A program made the translations under genes and the position numbers. A model generated the notes under the pieces. That model was given only the letters and a program-made list of their open reading frames with translations. It was not told where the DNA came from and ran no database searches. DNA of 64,000 nucleotides from the NCBI GenBank assembly GCA_951406725.2, contig OX597817.1, positions 123,566,001 to 123,630,000 on the forward strand. The letters are read 5' to 3'. This DNA comes from Octopus vulgaris. Its lineage: Eukaryota. Position 1 is the first letter of the stretch, and every line of letters starts with the position of its first letter. Shown here piece by piece: positions 11,523 through 23,808 of this stretch.

Positions 11523-11990
11523 GGTGGCGAACTGGTAGAATCGCTAGCATACTAAGTGAAATGCTTAGCAATATTTTTGTCTGTCGTTACATTCTAAATT
11601 CAAATGCTGCTGAGATCAACTTTGCCATTCATCCTTTCAGGGTCATTAAAATAAATACCTATTTCTTTATTACCCACAAGGGGCTAAACATAGAGGGGAC
11701 AAACAAGGACAGACATAGGTATTAAGTCGATTACATCGACCCCAGTGTGTAACTGGTACTTAATTTATCGACCCCCAAAAGGATGAAAGGTAAAGTCGAC
11801 CTTGGCGGAATTTGAACTCACAACGTAACGGCAGACGAAATACCACTAAGCATTTCGCCCGACGTGCTAAAGTTTCTACCAGCTCTCCGCATTAAAATAA
11901 ATACCGGTTGACTACTGGGATAAATGTAATCAACTTAACCACTTTCTCTGAACTTGCTGGCCTTGTGCCAAAAATTTAAAATCAATTTCC
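11523..11990 (+). mobile_element. SINE B2 host copy containing an antisense B1
   Basis: ggtggcgaactggtagaatcg head, B-box-like aattcaaat, ggccttgtgccaaaaattt tail. Confidence 0.8.
11660..11890 (-). mobile_element. SINE B1, full length, 15-bp TSD
   Basis: TSD attaaaataaatacc at 11645-11659 and 11891-11905. Confidence 0.9.
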
Positions 11991-12377
11991 TTATTTTCAC
12001 TTCTCTTGAATTCAACTGTATCCTTCCTCGATCTGAGGTTGTTCAAATCAATATTAGCAGTGTGACTATTGTTGTTTTCAGTTCATTAAAGCATTTCAGC
12101 TATGACATAACATCATGCTTTTAGATGGTGTCTATAACTACATTATTGAATATGTCCTTTTCTTTTATAAAGCTGTAGAGCTTAATTGATTTGAGAGATG
12201 TTTGGCTGCTATTTCAGGCAAGCTGAGCATGGTCCATATACAAGCCTTCCTAATTAAGTCATCTAGCTACGTTAATATATACTGACATAACCTCTGCCAA
12301 TTAATTACTTTACATTTCTTATGAATTTGTGGCCATGTACAACTGTGAAAAACTATTGTCCCTGTGTCAAAAGGGAC

Positions 12378-13010
12378 TCTCTACAGAGTTACTCAACCTG
12401 CTAGAAATAGCAACTAAATCTTTCTCAAATCACATTTTACTGTTTTAGAAAAAAATACAAATTGGATAATGTGGTCCTGTATTCCTTGCATATAAGAATA
12501 AAGACAGGATGGTCATGACTGGAATGACTTAGATCTTAATTTTGTTTGCTTTTTTTTTTTATCTGGGCTGAGATGGAACTAAACAACAAAGTCATTATTA
12601 TTGTCCACAAAATATATTTTGTCTATATGTCATTTGAAAAATAAAAACAATATTTCATGATTCATGACTACAAAAGTAATATTTGCTGGTTCATTGGTTT
12701 TAAAATCCATTTAGTGGTTTTGCAATTAATACTTATGTTGTTTTCCATTTTTTACATTCACTAACATAAAACTGACAACACCATGAGAGCCAATGAAGTA
12801 ATCTCTATTTGCTGGCCCATTCTGCTAGATATAACAGCCATATATCTATCAAAATATACTCTATTCTTTTACTGCTATAGAAGGTGTATGTAATATTGTG
12901 TAATGTGGTCCTAAATGCACTGAGCCAGCTAAACTGACAAGGTTGTCACTGATGGAATATCTTCATTCAGAAGCAAGCTCAATCAAGGCTGACTTAGGCT
13001 AAGTAATAAG
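12378..13010 (+). repeat. Unclassified short interspersed family E, two copies (12378-12590, 12800-13010); others near 27290-27480, 37600-37790, 45410-45592 and 61790-61985(-)
   Basis: Shared ctgctaga.ata.cagc...taatgtggtcct...ggaat..ctt..atc...ggctga.....ggctaaacaac pattern. Confidence 0.55.
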
Positions 13011-13455
13011 AATGTGTGAGACCAATTAAGTTTCTGTATATAAAATACACTCGTGCATGTGCACATGCATGCACACACACATATGCACATGTACACACAC
13101 ACAAATTTGTGTGTTTGTGTAAATAGGGAACTGTTCTTCTTTCAAACACGTCATGTTACAGAAAAAATTATTTTTGAGTTTGATCATATTAAGGACGATT
13201 TTATTTACTTATGAGGTCTTTATAAATCAGTTTGGAATATTTGTATTTCTAAATCCATTAATTCATTAATGTTTTGAGACCCTCATAGTCCCATTGTCAA
13301 AACAGAGTGATGGCATAAATAGTGCCTGACACGTGTGCTTTGCAATTGATCACAGAGAGTCGTGGGAATACTTTTGTAACTGATAAAATCGTTAATACTG
13401 GATTGTAAATTGTAAAACAGTAAATCCTGACAGTTTTCCTAATTAATTGTACTTA

Positions 13456-13795
13456 GGGTGGTGAGCTGGCAGAATCGTTAGCATGCCAGGCAAATTGCTT
13501 GGCAGCATTTTAGCCATCTTTCTTTTCTGAGTTCAAATTCCGCCAAGGTTGACTTTTATCTTTCATCCTTTCGTGGTTGATAAAATAAGAACCATCTGAG
13601 TGCTAGGATTGATGTAATTGACTTAGCCCCACCCACCAAAATTTGAAATCACTATATATTGTACTTGCAAGACAGGAAGCTGGTAGAATTGTTAGCACAC
13701 CAAACAAAATGCTAAGGAGCATTTCATCCATCTTTTCATTCTGAGTTCATATTTCACTGAGGGCAACTTTGCCTTTCATTTTTTCAGAGTTGATA
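13456..13795 (+). mobile_element. Two SINE B2 copies; the second is interrupted by SINE A and resumes at 14215-14280
   Basis: gagctggcagaatcgttagca...ttctgagttcaaatt motifs. Confidence 0.75.
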
Positions 13796-14214
13796 GGTGC
13801 AGGAGTGGCTGTGTGGTAAGTAGCTTGTTTACTAGCCACATGGTTCCGGGTTCAGTTCCACTGCGTGGTACCTTGGGCAAGTGTTTTCTACTATAGCCTC
13901 GGGCTGACCAAAGCCTTGTGAGTGGATTTGGTAGACGGAAACTGAAAGAAGCCCGTCGTATATATGCCTATATATATATATATATATATATATGCGTGTG
14001 TGTGTTTGTGTGTCTATGTTTGTCCCCCTAGCATTGCTTGACAACCGATGCTGGAGTGTTTATGTCCCCTTTACTTAGCGGTTCGGCAAAAGAGACTGAT
14101 AGAATAAGTACTGGGCTTACAAAACAATAAGTCCCGGGGTCGAGTTGCTTGATTAAAGGCAGTGCTCCAGCATGGCCGCAGTCAAATGACTGAAACAAGT
14201 AAAAGAGTAAAGAG
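13796..14214 (+). mobile_element. SINE family A, full length (tRNA-like head, CORE-like ccttgggcaagt, internal (TA)/(TG) microsatellite, hairpin tail)
   Basis: A-box tggctgtgtgg, B-box ggttcagttcc; near-identical copy at 15660-16063. Confidence 0.9.
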
Positions 14215-14554
14215 CTTAAATAGCAGTCAAACACTGAGATCAGTGTAATTGACCAATGCCCTCCCACAAAATTTCAATCAACTATAATAAGAAAGAGCTG
14301 TTAAGTGTACATGTGATGTGTCTCTGCTTAATTTAGGTTTGTGGTTTGCTACTCAATTAAAACTATAGAAAAACTATGTTTTTCTATTTCATTTTATTCT
14401 ATTTTATGAATTGTATTATATTATAAGGAATTGCAATGGCTCCTCATAAGAGGTGGATGATCAACTAAAGAGCATGTATTGTGTTTGTATGTCATATGTA
14501 ACACTTTGAGCTATTAAGTTTGCAATTTTCCAGTTTTCATTGACACCAAATATT

Positions 14555-15010
14555 CTTTTCTAATCAAGGCACAAGGCCCGAAATTTTTGGGGAGAAGGCC
14601 AGTCAATTAGATCAACCTCAGTACAACTGGTACTTAATTTATCAAGGCGGCGAGCTGGCAGAAACGTTAGCACGCCAGGCGAAATGCTTAGCGGGATTTT
14701 GTCTGCGTTACGTTGTGAGTTCAAATTCCGCTGAGGTCGACTTTGCCTTTCATCCTTTCAGGGTCGATAAATTAAGAACCAGTTACGCACTGAGGTCGAT
14801 GTAATCAACTTAATACCTATGTCTGTCCTTGTTTGTCCCCTCTGTGTTTAGCCCCTTGTGGGTAAGAAATAGGTACTTAATTTATCAACCCCAAAAGGAT
14901 GAAAAGCAAAATTGATCTCGGTGGAATTTGAACTCAGAACATAAAGACTGACAAAATATTGCTGAGCATTTTGCCCAGTATGCTAATGTTTCTGCCAGCT
15001 CACCACCTTC
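14555..15010 (-). mobile_element. SINE B2 host copy containing an antisense B1
   Basis: Reverse complement of the B2 consensus on both sides of the insert. Confidence 0.8.
14646..14871 (+). mobile_element. SINE B1, full length, 17-bp TSD
   Basis: TSD ggtacttaatttatcaa at 14629-14645 and 14872-14888. Confidence 0.9.
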
Positions 15011-15659
15011 TTGAAACCAAATTTTAAATTGATAGTATGAAATTTGTTTTGGGGTTTGCTAGTTTGTAGTTAAATGTTGACAAGGTTTGCATTCCAGTGT
15101 TATTGTAATACATTCTAACCATGAGCTTGTGGTTAGGTGTGATACAAATGGTGTTCTGTTTAATGAGGTTTTACATATTATATTCATCCATTTTATAACC
15201 AGAGTGCATTAGCTCTTATACAATACTATATATCTGGGTTTTCTTTTATGAGTGCAGCATAATTGTACAAGAGTGTGTGATTTTGTCCTTGTATTGTATT
15301 ATAGCCTATTTAAGGTGGAATCTTTAGCATGCCAGATAAAAAGCCTGTCAACCCCTTTTCAAACTCTTTAAATTCTGAGCTCAAAAACTATTGAGATTGA
15401 CTTCACCTTTCATCCTTTTGGGATCAATAAAATAAGTATCAGTTGAACACTAAGGTTGATGTCATCGATTTACTCCAATGAAATTTGAAACTATTCTGCT
15501 GAGGCCAGCTTTGTCTTTCATCCTAATGGGCCAATAAAGTAAAGTACCAATCAACTACTGGAATTGATGAATTTCGCTAACCTCCTTGGCAAAATTTATT
15601 CAACAACCTGGTTGACTAATCTATTAAGGTATAATAGCATTGAATATCAATAAGATATA

Positions 15660-16063
15660 GGCATAGGAGTGGCTGTGTGGTAAGTAGCTTGCTTACCAAC
15701 CACATGGTTCCGGGTTCAGTCCCACCACATGGCACCTTGGGCAAGTGTCTTCTACTATAGCCTCGGACCGACCAAAGCCTTGTGAGTGGATTTGGTAGAC
15801 GGAAACTGAAAGAAGCCCGTCGTATATATGTATGTGTGTGCATATGTTTGTGTTTCTGTGTTTGTCCCCACCCCTCCAACATCGCTTGACAATCGATGCT
15901 GGTGTGTTTACGTCCCCCGTAACTTTGTGGTTCAGCAAAAGAGATCAATAGAATAAGTACTAGGCTTACAAAGAATAAGTCATGGGGTCGATTTGCTTGA
16001 CTAAATCCGGTGCTCCAGCATGGCCACAGTCAAATGACTGAAACAAGTAAAAGAGTAAAAGAG
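15660..16063 (+). mobile_element. SINE family A, full length
   Basis: Aligns along its whole length with 13796-14214. Confidence 0.9.
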
Positions 16064-16254
16064 TATGAGGAAATAAAATAGAATGAGAAGGCATCTGGTG
16101 CAATGCAGGCAACAATATCATGATGATATTGTTAGGGGTTTATAAAAAATGAGATATTGTAAATCAATATATATATTCAAGCTATTTGATCATCAAAAGT
16201 TTGTTCAAATGAGTCAGAAAAAAGTTCAGTATAAAGGAACATGAGGATCAGACT

Positions 16255-16445
16255 ATTGGTTTCATATCTGGCACAAAGCTAGCAATTTCAGGGAAGGGGT
16301 AAAGTCAATTAAATCAACCCCTGGTGCTAAAGTGGTACTTAATTTATTGACCTTGAAAGAATGAAAGCCAGTCAACCTCAGTGGTATTTAAACTCAGAAC
16401 CTAAGGATGGGTGAAATGCTGCTAATAATTTTGATAGCTTGCCAA
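16255..16445 (-). mobile_element. SINE B2, degenerate
   Basis: ggcacaaagctagcaatttc...ggtacttaatttattgacc...aactcagaac. Confidence 0.65.
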
Positions 16446-16497
16446 CTCAGAAGATCAGAATATTCATAATTATATGAAATCTATCTCTGTGATGTAT

Positions 16498-16663
16498 AGC
16501 ACCCACTACACCCATGGAGTGGTTGGCGTTAGGAAGGGCATCCAGCTGTAGAAACACTGTCAGATCAGACTGGAGCCTGGTGCAGCCTCCTGGCTTCTCA
16601 GATCCTGGTTGAACCGGCCAACCCATGCTAGCATGGAAAACGGACGTTAAACGATGATGATGA

Positions 16664-16666
<3 letters not shown>
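16498..16666 (+). mobile_element. SINE C 3' half
   Basis: Matches 1472-1640. Confidence 0.85.
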
Positions 16667-16699
<33 letters not shown>

Positions 16700-16702
<3 letters not shown>

Positions 16703-16981
16703 GAGAAAAACCACTAATATGTAATTCAAACAATGATAGACATAAAACATACCATATAGAAAAAATAAAATACATGATAAAACATTTACCTAGATCACAA
16801 TGAATAATAAACAGTATATAATCAATTATATACTATTAATTAATTAATTAATTATATACTGTTTATTATAATGTACTTTATTGAGATCTAGGTAAATGTT
16901 TTATAATATATTTTATTTTTTCTTTATGGTATGTTTTACGTCTATCATTGTTTGAATTACATATTAGTGGTTTTTCTCTAA
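16700..16981. repeat. Long fold-back palindrome (~125-bp arms around a (TAAT)n centre)
   Basis: ttagagaaaaaccactaatatgtaattcaaacaatgatagac... pairs with ...gtctatcattgtttgaattacatattagtggtttttctctaa. Confidence 0.9.
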
Positions 16982-17069
16982 CTTATATATATTTTATATT
17001 TATATTGTGAAATTTGATTTAATACAAAATTGAATTCTTCCCTGTAAGTTTGGAGTTTATACTCCCTAA

Positions 17070-17118
<49 letters not shown>

Positions 17119-17126
17119 ATGATATA

Positions 17127-17499
17127 TGGCCCAGTGGTTAGGGCAGCGGAATCGCGGTCATAGGATCGCGGTTTCGATTCCCAGACCGGGCGTTGTGAGT
17201 GTTTATTGAGCGAAAACACCTAAAGTTCCACGAGGCTCCAGCAGGGGGTGGTGGTGATCCCTGCTGTACTCTTTCACCACAACTTTCTCTCACTCTTACT
17301 TCCTGTTTCTGTTGTACCTGTATTTCAAGGGGCCAGCCTTGTTACTCTCTGTGTCACGCTGAATATCCCCGAGAACTACGTTAAGGGTGCACGTGTCTGT
17401 GGAGTGCTCAGCCACTTACATGTTAATTTCACGAGCAGGCTGTTCCGTTGATTCGGATCAACCGGAACCCTCATCATTGTAACCGACGGAGTGCTTCCA

Positions 17500-17501
<2 letters not shown>
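17127..17501 (+). mobile_element. tRNA-derived SINE family D1
   Basis: A-box tggcccagtgg, B-box gtttcgattcc; antisense copy at 23809-24171; 3' fragment at 58262-58410. Confidence 0.85.
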
Positions 17502-17576
<75 letters not shown>

Positions 17577-17603
17577 AGCATATATGTATTTATATATATG
17601 CAG

Positions 17604-17700
17604 TGTCAGAGTACGGCATCCCTGGCAAGAACGGATTGGACCACTACATATATATTGTAGCAGTCTGAGTAAGTGAGGCAATTCATGCTGTGCTTCCACA
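17604..17700 (+). mobile_element. Partial LTR of the Gypsy family at 19064-23407
   Basis: gagtac...cctgg...ggattggaccactaca...tagcagtctgagtaag matches the LTR 5' end. Confidence 0.7.
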
Positions 17701-18124
17701 AGACAAAAATTTATGACACAAGAGAGTATACCTGCATTGACTTAAAACTATATAAACAGTTAAAAGAAAGAAGGAAGGAGGGAAAGCTCATAGACCCACC
17801 ACCCAAAACTGAAGAAGTATGGGAAAAAAAAATATGCTTTACCAGCAACATTTGTCCACAATAAGACATTTCTAATGAAACATTGAAACTTACATGTAAA
17901 GATTATGGATATCCCAAGAGGTTTCGTCTGCATTTTGGTATGTAAAAAGAAATAGGTCTTTGATGCTAGCCTTTTATTAGATGCAACACAACATACGATT
18001 CACTGAACTAAATTTTAAGAGATCTATTTACCTGTCTGCATAGTCAGTTTAGTACTTGCTGTTATATGTAATACCAAATATATATATATAGTATATATAT
18101 ATATATATATATATACTATATATA

Positions 18125-18360
18125 TGTGATCTCTTGAGCACTACCAGCTCAAATATTTTCTCCTCTGTTTTCCCTCCTTGGGATCTTTCCTTCTCCTTGT
18201 TTCCGACAAAGAGCTCCGCTCGAAACATTAAACCCTCCTTCCCTTCTTTCCTGAGCGTCAATAATACTTTAATTGTTCCACGTCCTGCGTTGCTGTGTTT
18301 TTTTCTCATTTTTTCTCTTTTTTTTCTCTTTTTTTCTGTGTTTTCTTGTTTTGATTAACT
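18125..18360 (+). mobile_element. (TA)n-embedded pyrimidine-rich repeat, probable Penelope pseudo-LTR
   Basis: Flanked by (TA)n on both sides; contains a hammerhead-like motif. Confidence 0.55.
18199..18233 (+). ncRNA. Degenerate minimal type I hammerhead ribozyme motif
   Basis: gttt-CCGACAA-A-gagc(tcc)gctc-GAAA-CAT-T-aaac: stems I and II pair; core deviates at U4 and G8, and stem III is broken. Confidence 0.5.
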
Positions 18361-18846
18361 TTATATATATATATACATATATATATAGTATTGCTGGCTA
18401 AAAATAATACCTAAATCTAAGCCAGAAATCTAGGCCAAGATATTCAAGGATGTAGAAACAAATTCTTTGAACAATCAGCTGCAAGGGTACCCATTATTAG
18501 CTAATACTTGTCCTATATATAGAACTTCCTTATTGAAACTATCTTTAGTGGATGAAAATCTAAAATCTCACCAACAAAGGAGGGACTTTTTCTATAGATA
18601 TTTTACATCTATTTATGCATTATCACTATGCATATTAAGCATCTGTTTGAGCTTTTTGAGAGGAACACTATGCGTGGATAATTATTCCCTCATGTATTCA
18701 TATCTTGCAACCAGTTGTTGAAGTTTACTTAATAATACATCTTATTATATTTGTGAAATATTTATAATCAGAATAGCACTTATTGCTTTTGAATTTAAAT
18801 ATGAAATTAGAAAACCGGTCATCATTTTCAAGTACAAATAATACAG

Positions 18847-18885
<39 letters not shown>

Positions 18886-19063
18886 CGTATATATACACAT
18901 ATATATATATATGTATGCATATATATGCATATATATATATATGCATAAATGCATATATATATACACACACACATATATGTACACACACACACATATTTGT
19001 ATACATATATATATATATATGTATGTATACATATGTGTGTGTGTATAAGCATATATATATATT

Positions 19064-19315
19064 TGTTGTGCGAGAGTACAACGTCCCCTGGTGAAAATGG
19101 ATTGGACCAGTACATATAAATAGTAGCGGTCTGAGTAAGCGAGCTAGTTCCACAGTTCGTGTGTTGATAGTTCGAGTTAGCCTGTTGGATTGTTTGTTCT
19201 TAAAAGATTGTTATGTTCCGTGTGGTTACTGTTGGGTTTTTTTGGGGGGAGGGGGAGGCGATTATATTATTATTGCACTGTTGCAGTGTATTCGTTTGTC
19301 CAAAATGATATAACA
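19064..19315 (+). repeat. 5' LTR (TG...CA)
   Basis: Starts TGTTGTG, ends ATAACA, followed by the PBS. Confidence 0.85.
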
Positions 19316-19317
19316 TC

Positions 19318-19330
19318 TGGCGACGAGGAT
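19318..19330 (+). promoter_or_regulatory. Primer-binding site complementary to the tRNA-Ser(GCU) 3' end
   Basis: TGGCGACGAGGAT is the reverse complement of ...AUCCUCGUCGCCA (metazoan tRNA-Ser-GCU end, recalled); lies 2 nt after the LTR. Confidence 0.8.
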
Positions 19331-19370
19331 CGTTCGAAACTTACATTAGTTATTAGACAATTTCTGTGTC

Positions 19371-22300
19371 ATGGAAAACCAATTAGCTACAGTCGTACAG
19401 CTTCAAGAGATGCAACAGGAACAACTACAGGAGTTGCAAAAACAAAATGCTACAACAACAATTAATTGAGTTACAATCGGCAAAGTTTGAAAATCCAGTA
19501 AGCTTGTTTATGCCAGATGGCACGGCTAACGCAATTTCTGAATTTATGTATAATCCGGAGGAAGGTATTATGTTTCCCGCATATTATAGAAGATACAAGG
19601 AAATTTTTAAACAATGAATGCAAGTCATGGTCGGAGGAGCAGAAAGGAAGGCTTTTATTAAGCAAAGTAGGTCCTGCCGAACATGAGCGTTACTGTAACT
19701 TTATTTAAAGTCGAGTGAGATTGGTTTCCAAGAAACTGTGGAACTTGCTTTCAAAATTTTGTTGTGATAGAAGTTCATTATTCTACACTAGAATTGAGTG
19801 TTGGAACTTAATAAAAACAGAGGAGGAGCATTTTATCACTAACGCCGGAGTAGTCAAACGTATGTGCGAAAATTTCAAACTCCAGGATCTCACCAAGGAT
19901 ATGTTCAAATCATTTATATTCGTGCAAATCACTTATATTCTCGAAAATGGAGCAAGTGAACCAGGTTTTATCTCTACAGACAACCGCAGAAGAATGGCAG
20001 ACTATGGTAAATCTTAAACATTATGTGAAAAAAATACAAGATAAAGACTCTGCAAAAGTTCTTTCTATCCCCAAATTAAGCACTTAGGGCAAATAATTGA
20101 TAAAAGTGGTAGACATCCTGACCCGTCTAAGGTAGACGCAATAAGGAATATGCCTGCACTGACAAATATTCCAACTTTAAAAGGATTTCTTGGGTTGGCA
20201 AACTATTATCAAAGCTACATTCCTAAGATGCATAAGTTAAGTGCTCCATTGAACAACTTATTAAAAAAAGGAGTAAAGTGGAATTGGTCCACTAGAGGTC
20301 AGGATACTTTTGAAGAGATAAAATTATAATCTCAGATTTGTCTGTTGACATCATTGTAGCGTCTGATGCTTTCGAGCACGGATTAGGTGCAGTTCTACTT
20401 CATAAATACGAAGACGGAAATATAAAATCAGTGGTTCATGTTTCACGCTCGCTAATAGCGGGAGAGAAGAGAAGTAGTCAAATTGAAAAGGAGGCCCTAG
20501 CAATTATTTTTGCAATTAAAAACTTACACTGGTTTGTGTATGGCACAAGTTTTTTTATTGCGAAAAGACCATAGACCTTTGCTGTCGATTTATAGGTCTA
20601 AAAGAAAGGTTACGAACTCACACTGCAAACCGCTTTCAACATTGGGGTATAATATTACTAAATTATAATTTCAAAATGCAATACATTTCATCGAAGAAAG
20701 TCGATCATGCTGACTGCCTTTGGAAACTAATTCCAAAAACTATGGAACCACTAGAAGAGACTGTTATAGCTGCACTGCAGGCAGAAAGTAAAATGAAAAG
20801 TGTTATGAGCAACGTTATATAAAATCTACCAGTGATGACACAAGATATAAGAATGAAAGCTGTAGGGGGTGAATATAATACGGAAATAAAAGAAGCTTTA
20901 AAAAGTAAACAGAATAAAAATTCAGGTGCCAGTAGTTTTTCAATTGGCGACGATATTCTGGTGTATGCCCAAAGAGTAGTGATTCCACCAATTATAAAAA
21001 AAAGTGTATTGCAACAATTTTACAGTGGATATCCAGGAATAGCAAAGATGAAGGCTCTAATGAGGAGTTATGTTTATTGGCCGTCTATGGCTCGAGATAT
21101 TGAAGACTTGGTGAGAACATGCTGAGGAAGCGCGCTCGCAGTCAAAGCCCCATTGGTATCAATTGTGGCCAGAGACGGATAACCCATGGTTTAGGTTACA
21201 CATTGACTGTGCCAGACCGGTAAACGGCGCTTACTTCTTAATCGTATTAGATAGCTGTACTAAGTAGCCTAAGCATTACAGAGACCAGCCTCTCAGATAA
21301 CTATAAAGTTCTTATACGAATTGGTTGCACGATACGGTGTTTCCGACATGCTAGTTTTTGAAAACAGAACGCAGTTCCCGGGGTATGAGTTCAAGAACTT
21401 CTGTGAAAGGCATGCGATAAAGCATATTTTCACTCCACCCTACCACCTGAGGTCAAACAGGCAGATAGAAAGATTTGTGGACACCTTTAAGAGAGGAGCG
21501 AATTAAGTAACGACATTACTTAATTCATTCGTTAAAAGTTAAAATATTTAGAACACTGATTGAGGCGGCCCTTCTCTGTGGATCAGAGACCTGGACCTTA
21601 TCGGCTCTCTTAGAAAAACACCTAGATAGAACATATACCAACCTGCTCAGAAAGATACAGAACATCAATTGAAGATCACACCCAACACTTAGTAACATCT
21701 ACGGAAATCTGATACTAATAACTCATGTTAAAGCAGAAGCGGCTACAATTTGCTGGCCACTGCTATCGAGCAGAGAAAGCGGTTATCTCATCCCTGCTCC
21801 TATAGTATCCCTCTGGACGTGTATTCTCCAGGAAACTGATATTTCCAGATACTATGTTTCAGGAGTCATAACACATATTAGAGATCTGAACACAGCAATG
21901 CAGGACTGTGTAGTATGGAAACGGATTTTCGATGGAGTTCCGGCCAACTATAGGCTGGTCGAAGGATGATGATGAAGCAACGACGAAGCACAGACAAATT
22001 TCTTAAGAATATACAGAGTGACCCCCAATCCAAGTACAAATTCAGGGAGGCCTCCCATAGAATTGATGTTCGCAAGAAGAATGAATTCCATTTTTGATAA
22101 GCTATTACCAAAGAAAAATGACGCAAAGGAAATACGAAAGAGCCAATGAAATACGTCGAGGTGGTAAAGTGCATGTCAATACATACAGAAACGGCAAAGA
22201 AGGCTGGGAAGATAGCCTTATTACCAGAAAAAATGGATGATGTATATAATTAAAGAGTCACATGGTGAACATAAGAGACGTATAAATCAAATACGGAAGA

Positions 22301-22450
22301 GACATACCCAAGACCAGGAAGAAATTCCCATGTATTCTGTGAAATATTCCATGTACCGGTACCAAAAGTAATAGAGTTCTGTAGAACCAGCATGAAAAAA
22401 AGAAAGCAGACCGAATACCTTATGATAAAGCCCAAGCAAATTAGATACTA
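19371..22450 (+). pseudogene. Gypsy gag-pol pseudogene (many stops and frameshifts)
   Basis: ORF fragments 19517-19708, 20338-20574, 20832-21125 and 21321-21506; integrase resumes at 21985 (FLRIYRVTP...PIELMFARR). Confidence 0.85.
21515..21974 (+). mobile_element. 5'-truncated RTE-like LINE nested in the Gypsy integrase
   Basis: LKIFRTLIEAALLCGSETWTL and QFAGHCYR motifs; (GAT)n tail; TSD aagtaacgac (21505-14) / aagcaacgac (21975-84). Confidence 0.85.
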
Positions 22451-22987
22451 AAGTGTGTGTGTATGTGTGTGTGTGTGTGTGTACTGCGTCTTAATAAGTT
22501 GTTGTTTACGTTTGAAAATTTCTAAACATAGCCTTCAAGTAAGTTATTTTGGTAATTCAAGACTGGCAAAATATATTTACTTTTTACCTGAAGATACCTG
22601 GCAATATATCGTTTATTACATCTATATTAGTTAGAATATTGATGATTCAAACATATTTTCAGATTGAAACAAATGTAGGATATTTTTCTGATATTTTTGG
22701 GTTGTTTGTTGAGCTGGTTCTTTTTATATTTATTCTTATAGGCATCTCTTTTAATTTGTGTTACTTTTCCACTGTGATACAAATAAAATGAAACAAGCAT
22801 CTATTATATTTTCTTCTCCATTTTCTTTTATTAACTTTATAATTTATGACACTGTTTATACATATATATTAATGAGCTTTCAATCAATATATTTGATAAA
22901 GCCAGTTGGTATCTGGATTATTATTATCAAACCCTTACAGAGAAATTGCTTCCTCAAATTGTAAGTATATATACATACATACATATA

Positions 22988-23116
<129 letters not shown>

Positions 23117-23141
23117 TCTTTCTTTGGAACACGAATTCTCT

Positions 23142-23407
23142 AAAGGGGAGAAGTTGTGTGAGAATACGACGAAACCTGGCGAGAATGGATTGGTTCACTA
23201 CTTGTAAATAGTGGTTGACTTAGTTAGCGGGTAGTTCATGCTAGTTCCACAGTTTACGTGTTGATAGTTCAAAGGTGGAGTTCAAAGTTTACAGCTCAAG
23301 TTAGCATGTTGGCTTGTTGTTACGTTCCGTGTGTTGACTGCCATTTGTTTTGAATATATTGTTACTACACTGTTGCAATGAATTCGTTCATCTATAAGGA
23401 TGTAACA
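23142..23407 (+). repeat. Polypurine tract (23142-23151) and 3' LTR (23152-23407)
   Basis: aaaggggaga followed by agttgtgtgagaatac..., homologous to the 5' LTR; ends GTAACA. Confidence 0.8.
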
Positions 23408-23478
23408 ATATACATATATATGTATATATTTGTGCATGTATATATATGTATATATACGTATGTGTTTTATATATATAT

Positions 23479-23524
<46 letters not shown>

Positions 23525-23808
23525 TCATATATTAAGTATATGATTTATCTTATTAAATACAGTTCAACAAATTTATTCATATTTATGTAAATGGAGGAGA
23601 TTAGATGTTAAAATGGGTTATAGTTTTTATTACTTATGTTGCTATACAATTTGTTTCGTACAGATAAACAGATATTCATAACAGAAAATCTGAGTTGTCA
23701 GAAAATATTTACCGGTAGCTTGGATAAAAAGTAAAAAGATATTAGAAGTACATAGGTTTGGTGTTAGTAATCATGGTGCAATGTGTATGTGTATATATAT
23801 ATATATAT

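Larger units (their letters stand above)
17700..18760 (+). mobile_element. Very degenerate possible R4/Dong RT relic, interrupted by (TA)n and a Penelope-like repeat
   Basis: LYKQLK...PPPKTEEVWE and QRRDFFYRYFTSIYALSLCILS loosely echo the R4 pre-RT and RGIFQGDSLSPLLF regions. Confidence 0.35.

Noticed and set aside
14165-14200. Hammerhead in the SINE A tail (stem followed by GAAAC)
   Set aside because: No CUGANGA-like segment upstream and no stems I/III; better explained as a LINE-recognition hairpin.
17127-17200. tRNA gene (also the heads of SINE A, B and D2)
   Set aside because: A/B boxes are present but there is no complete cloverleaf, and each head runs into a repeated SINE body.
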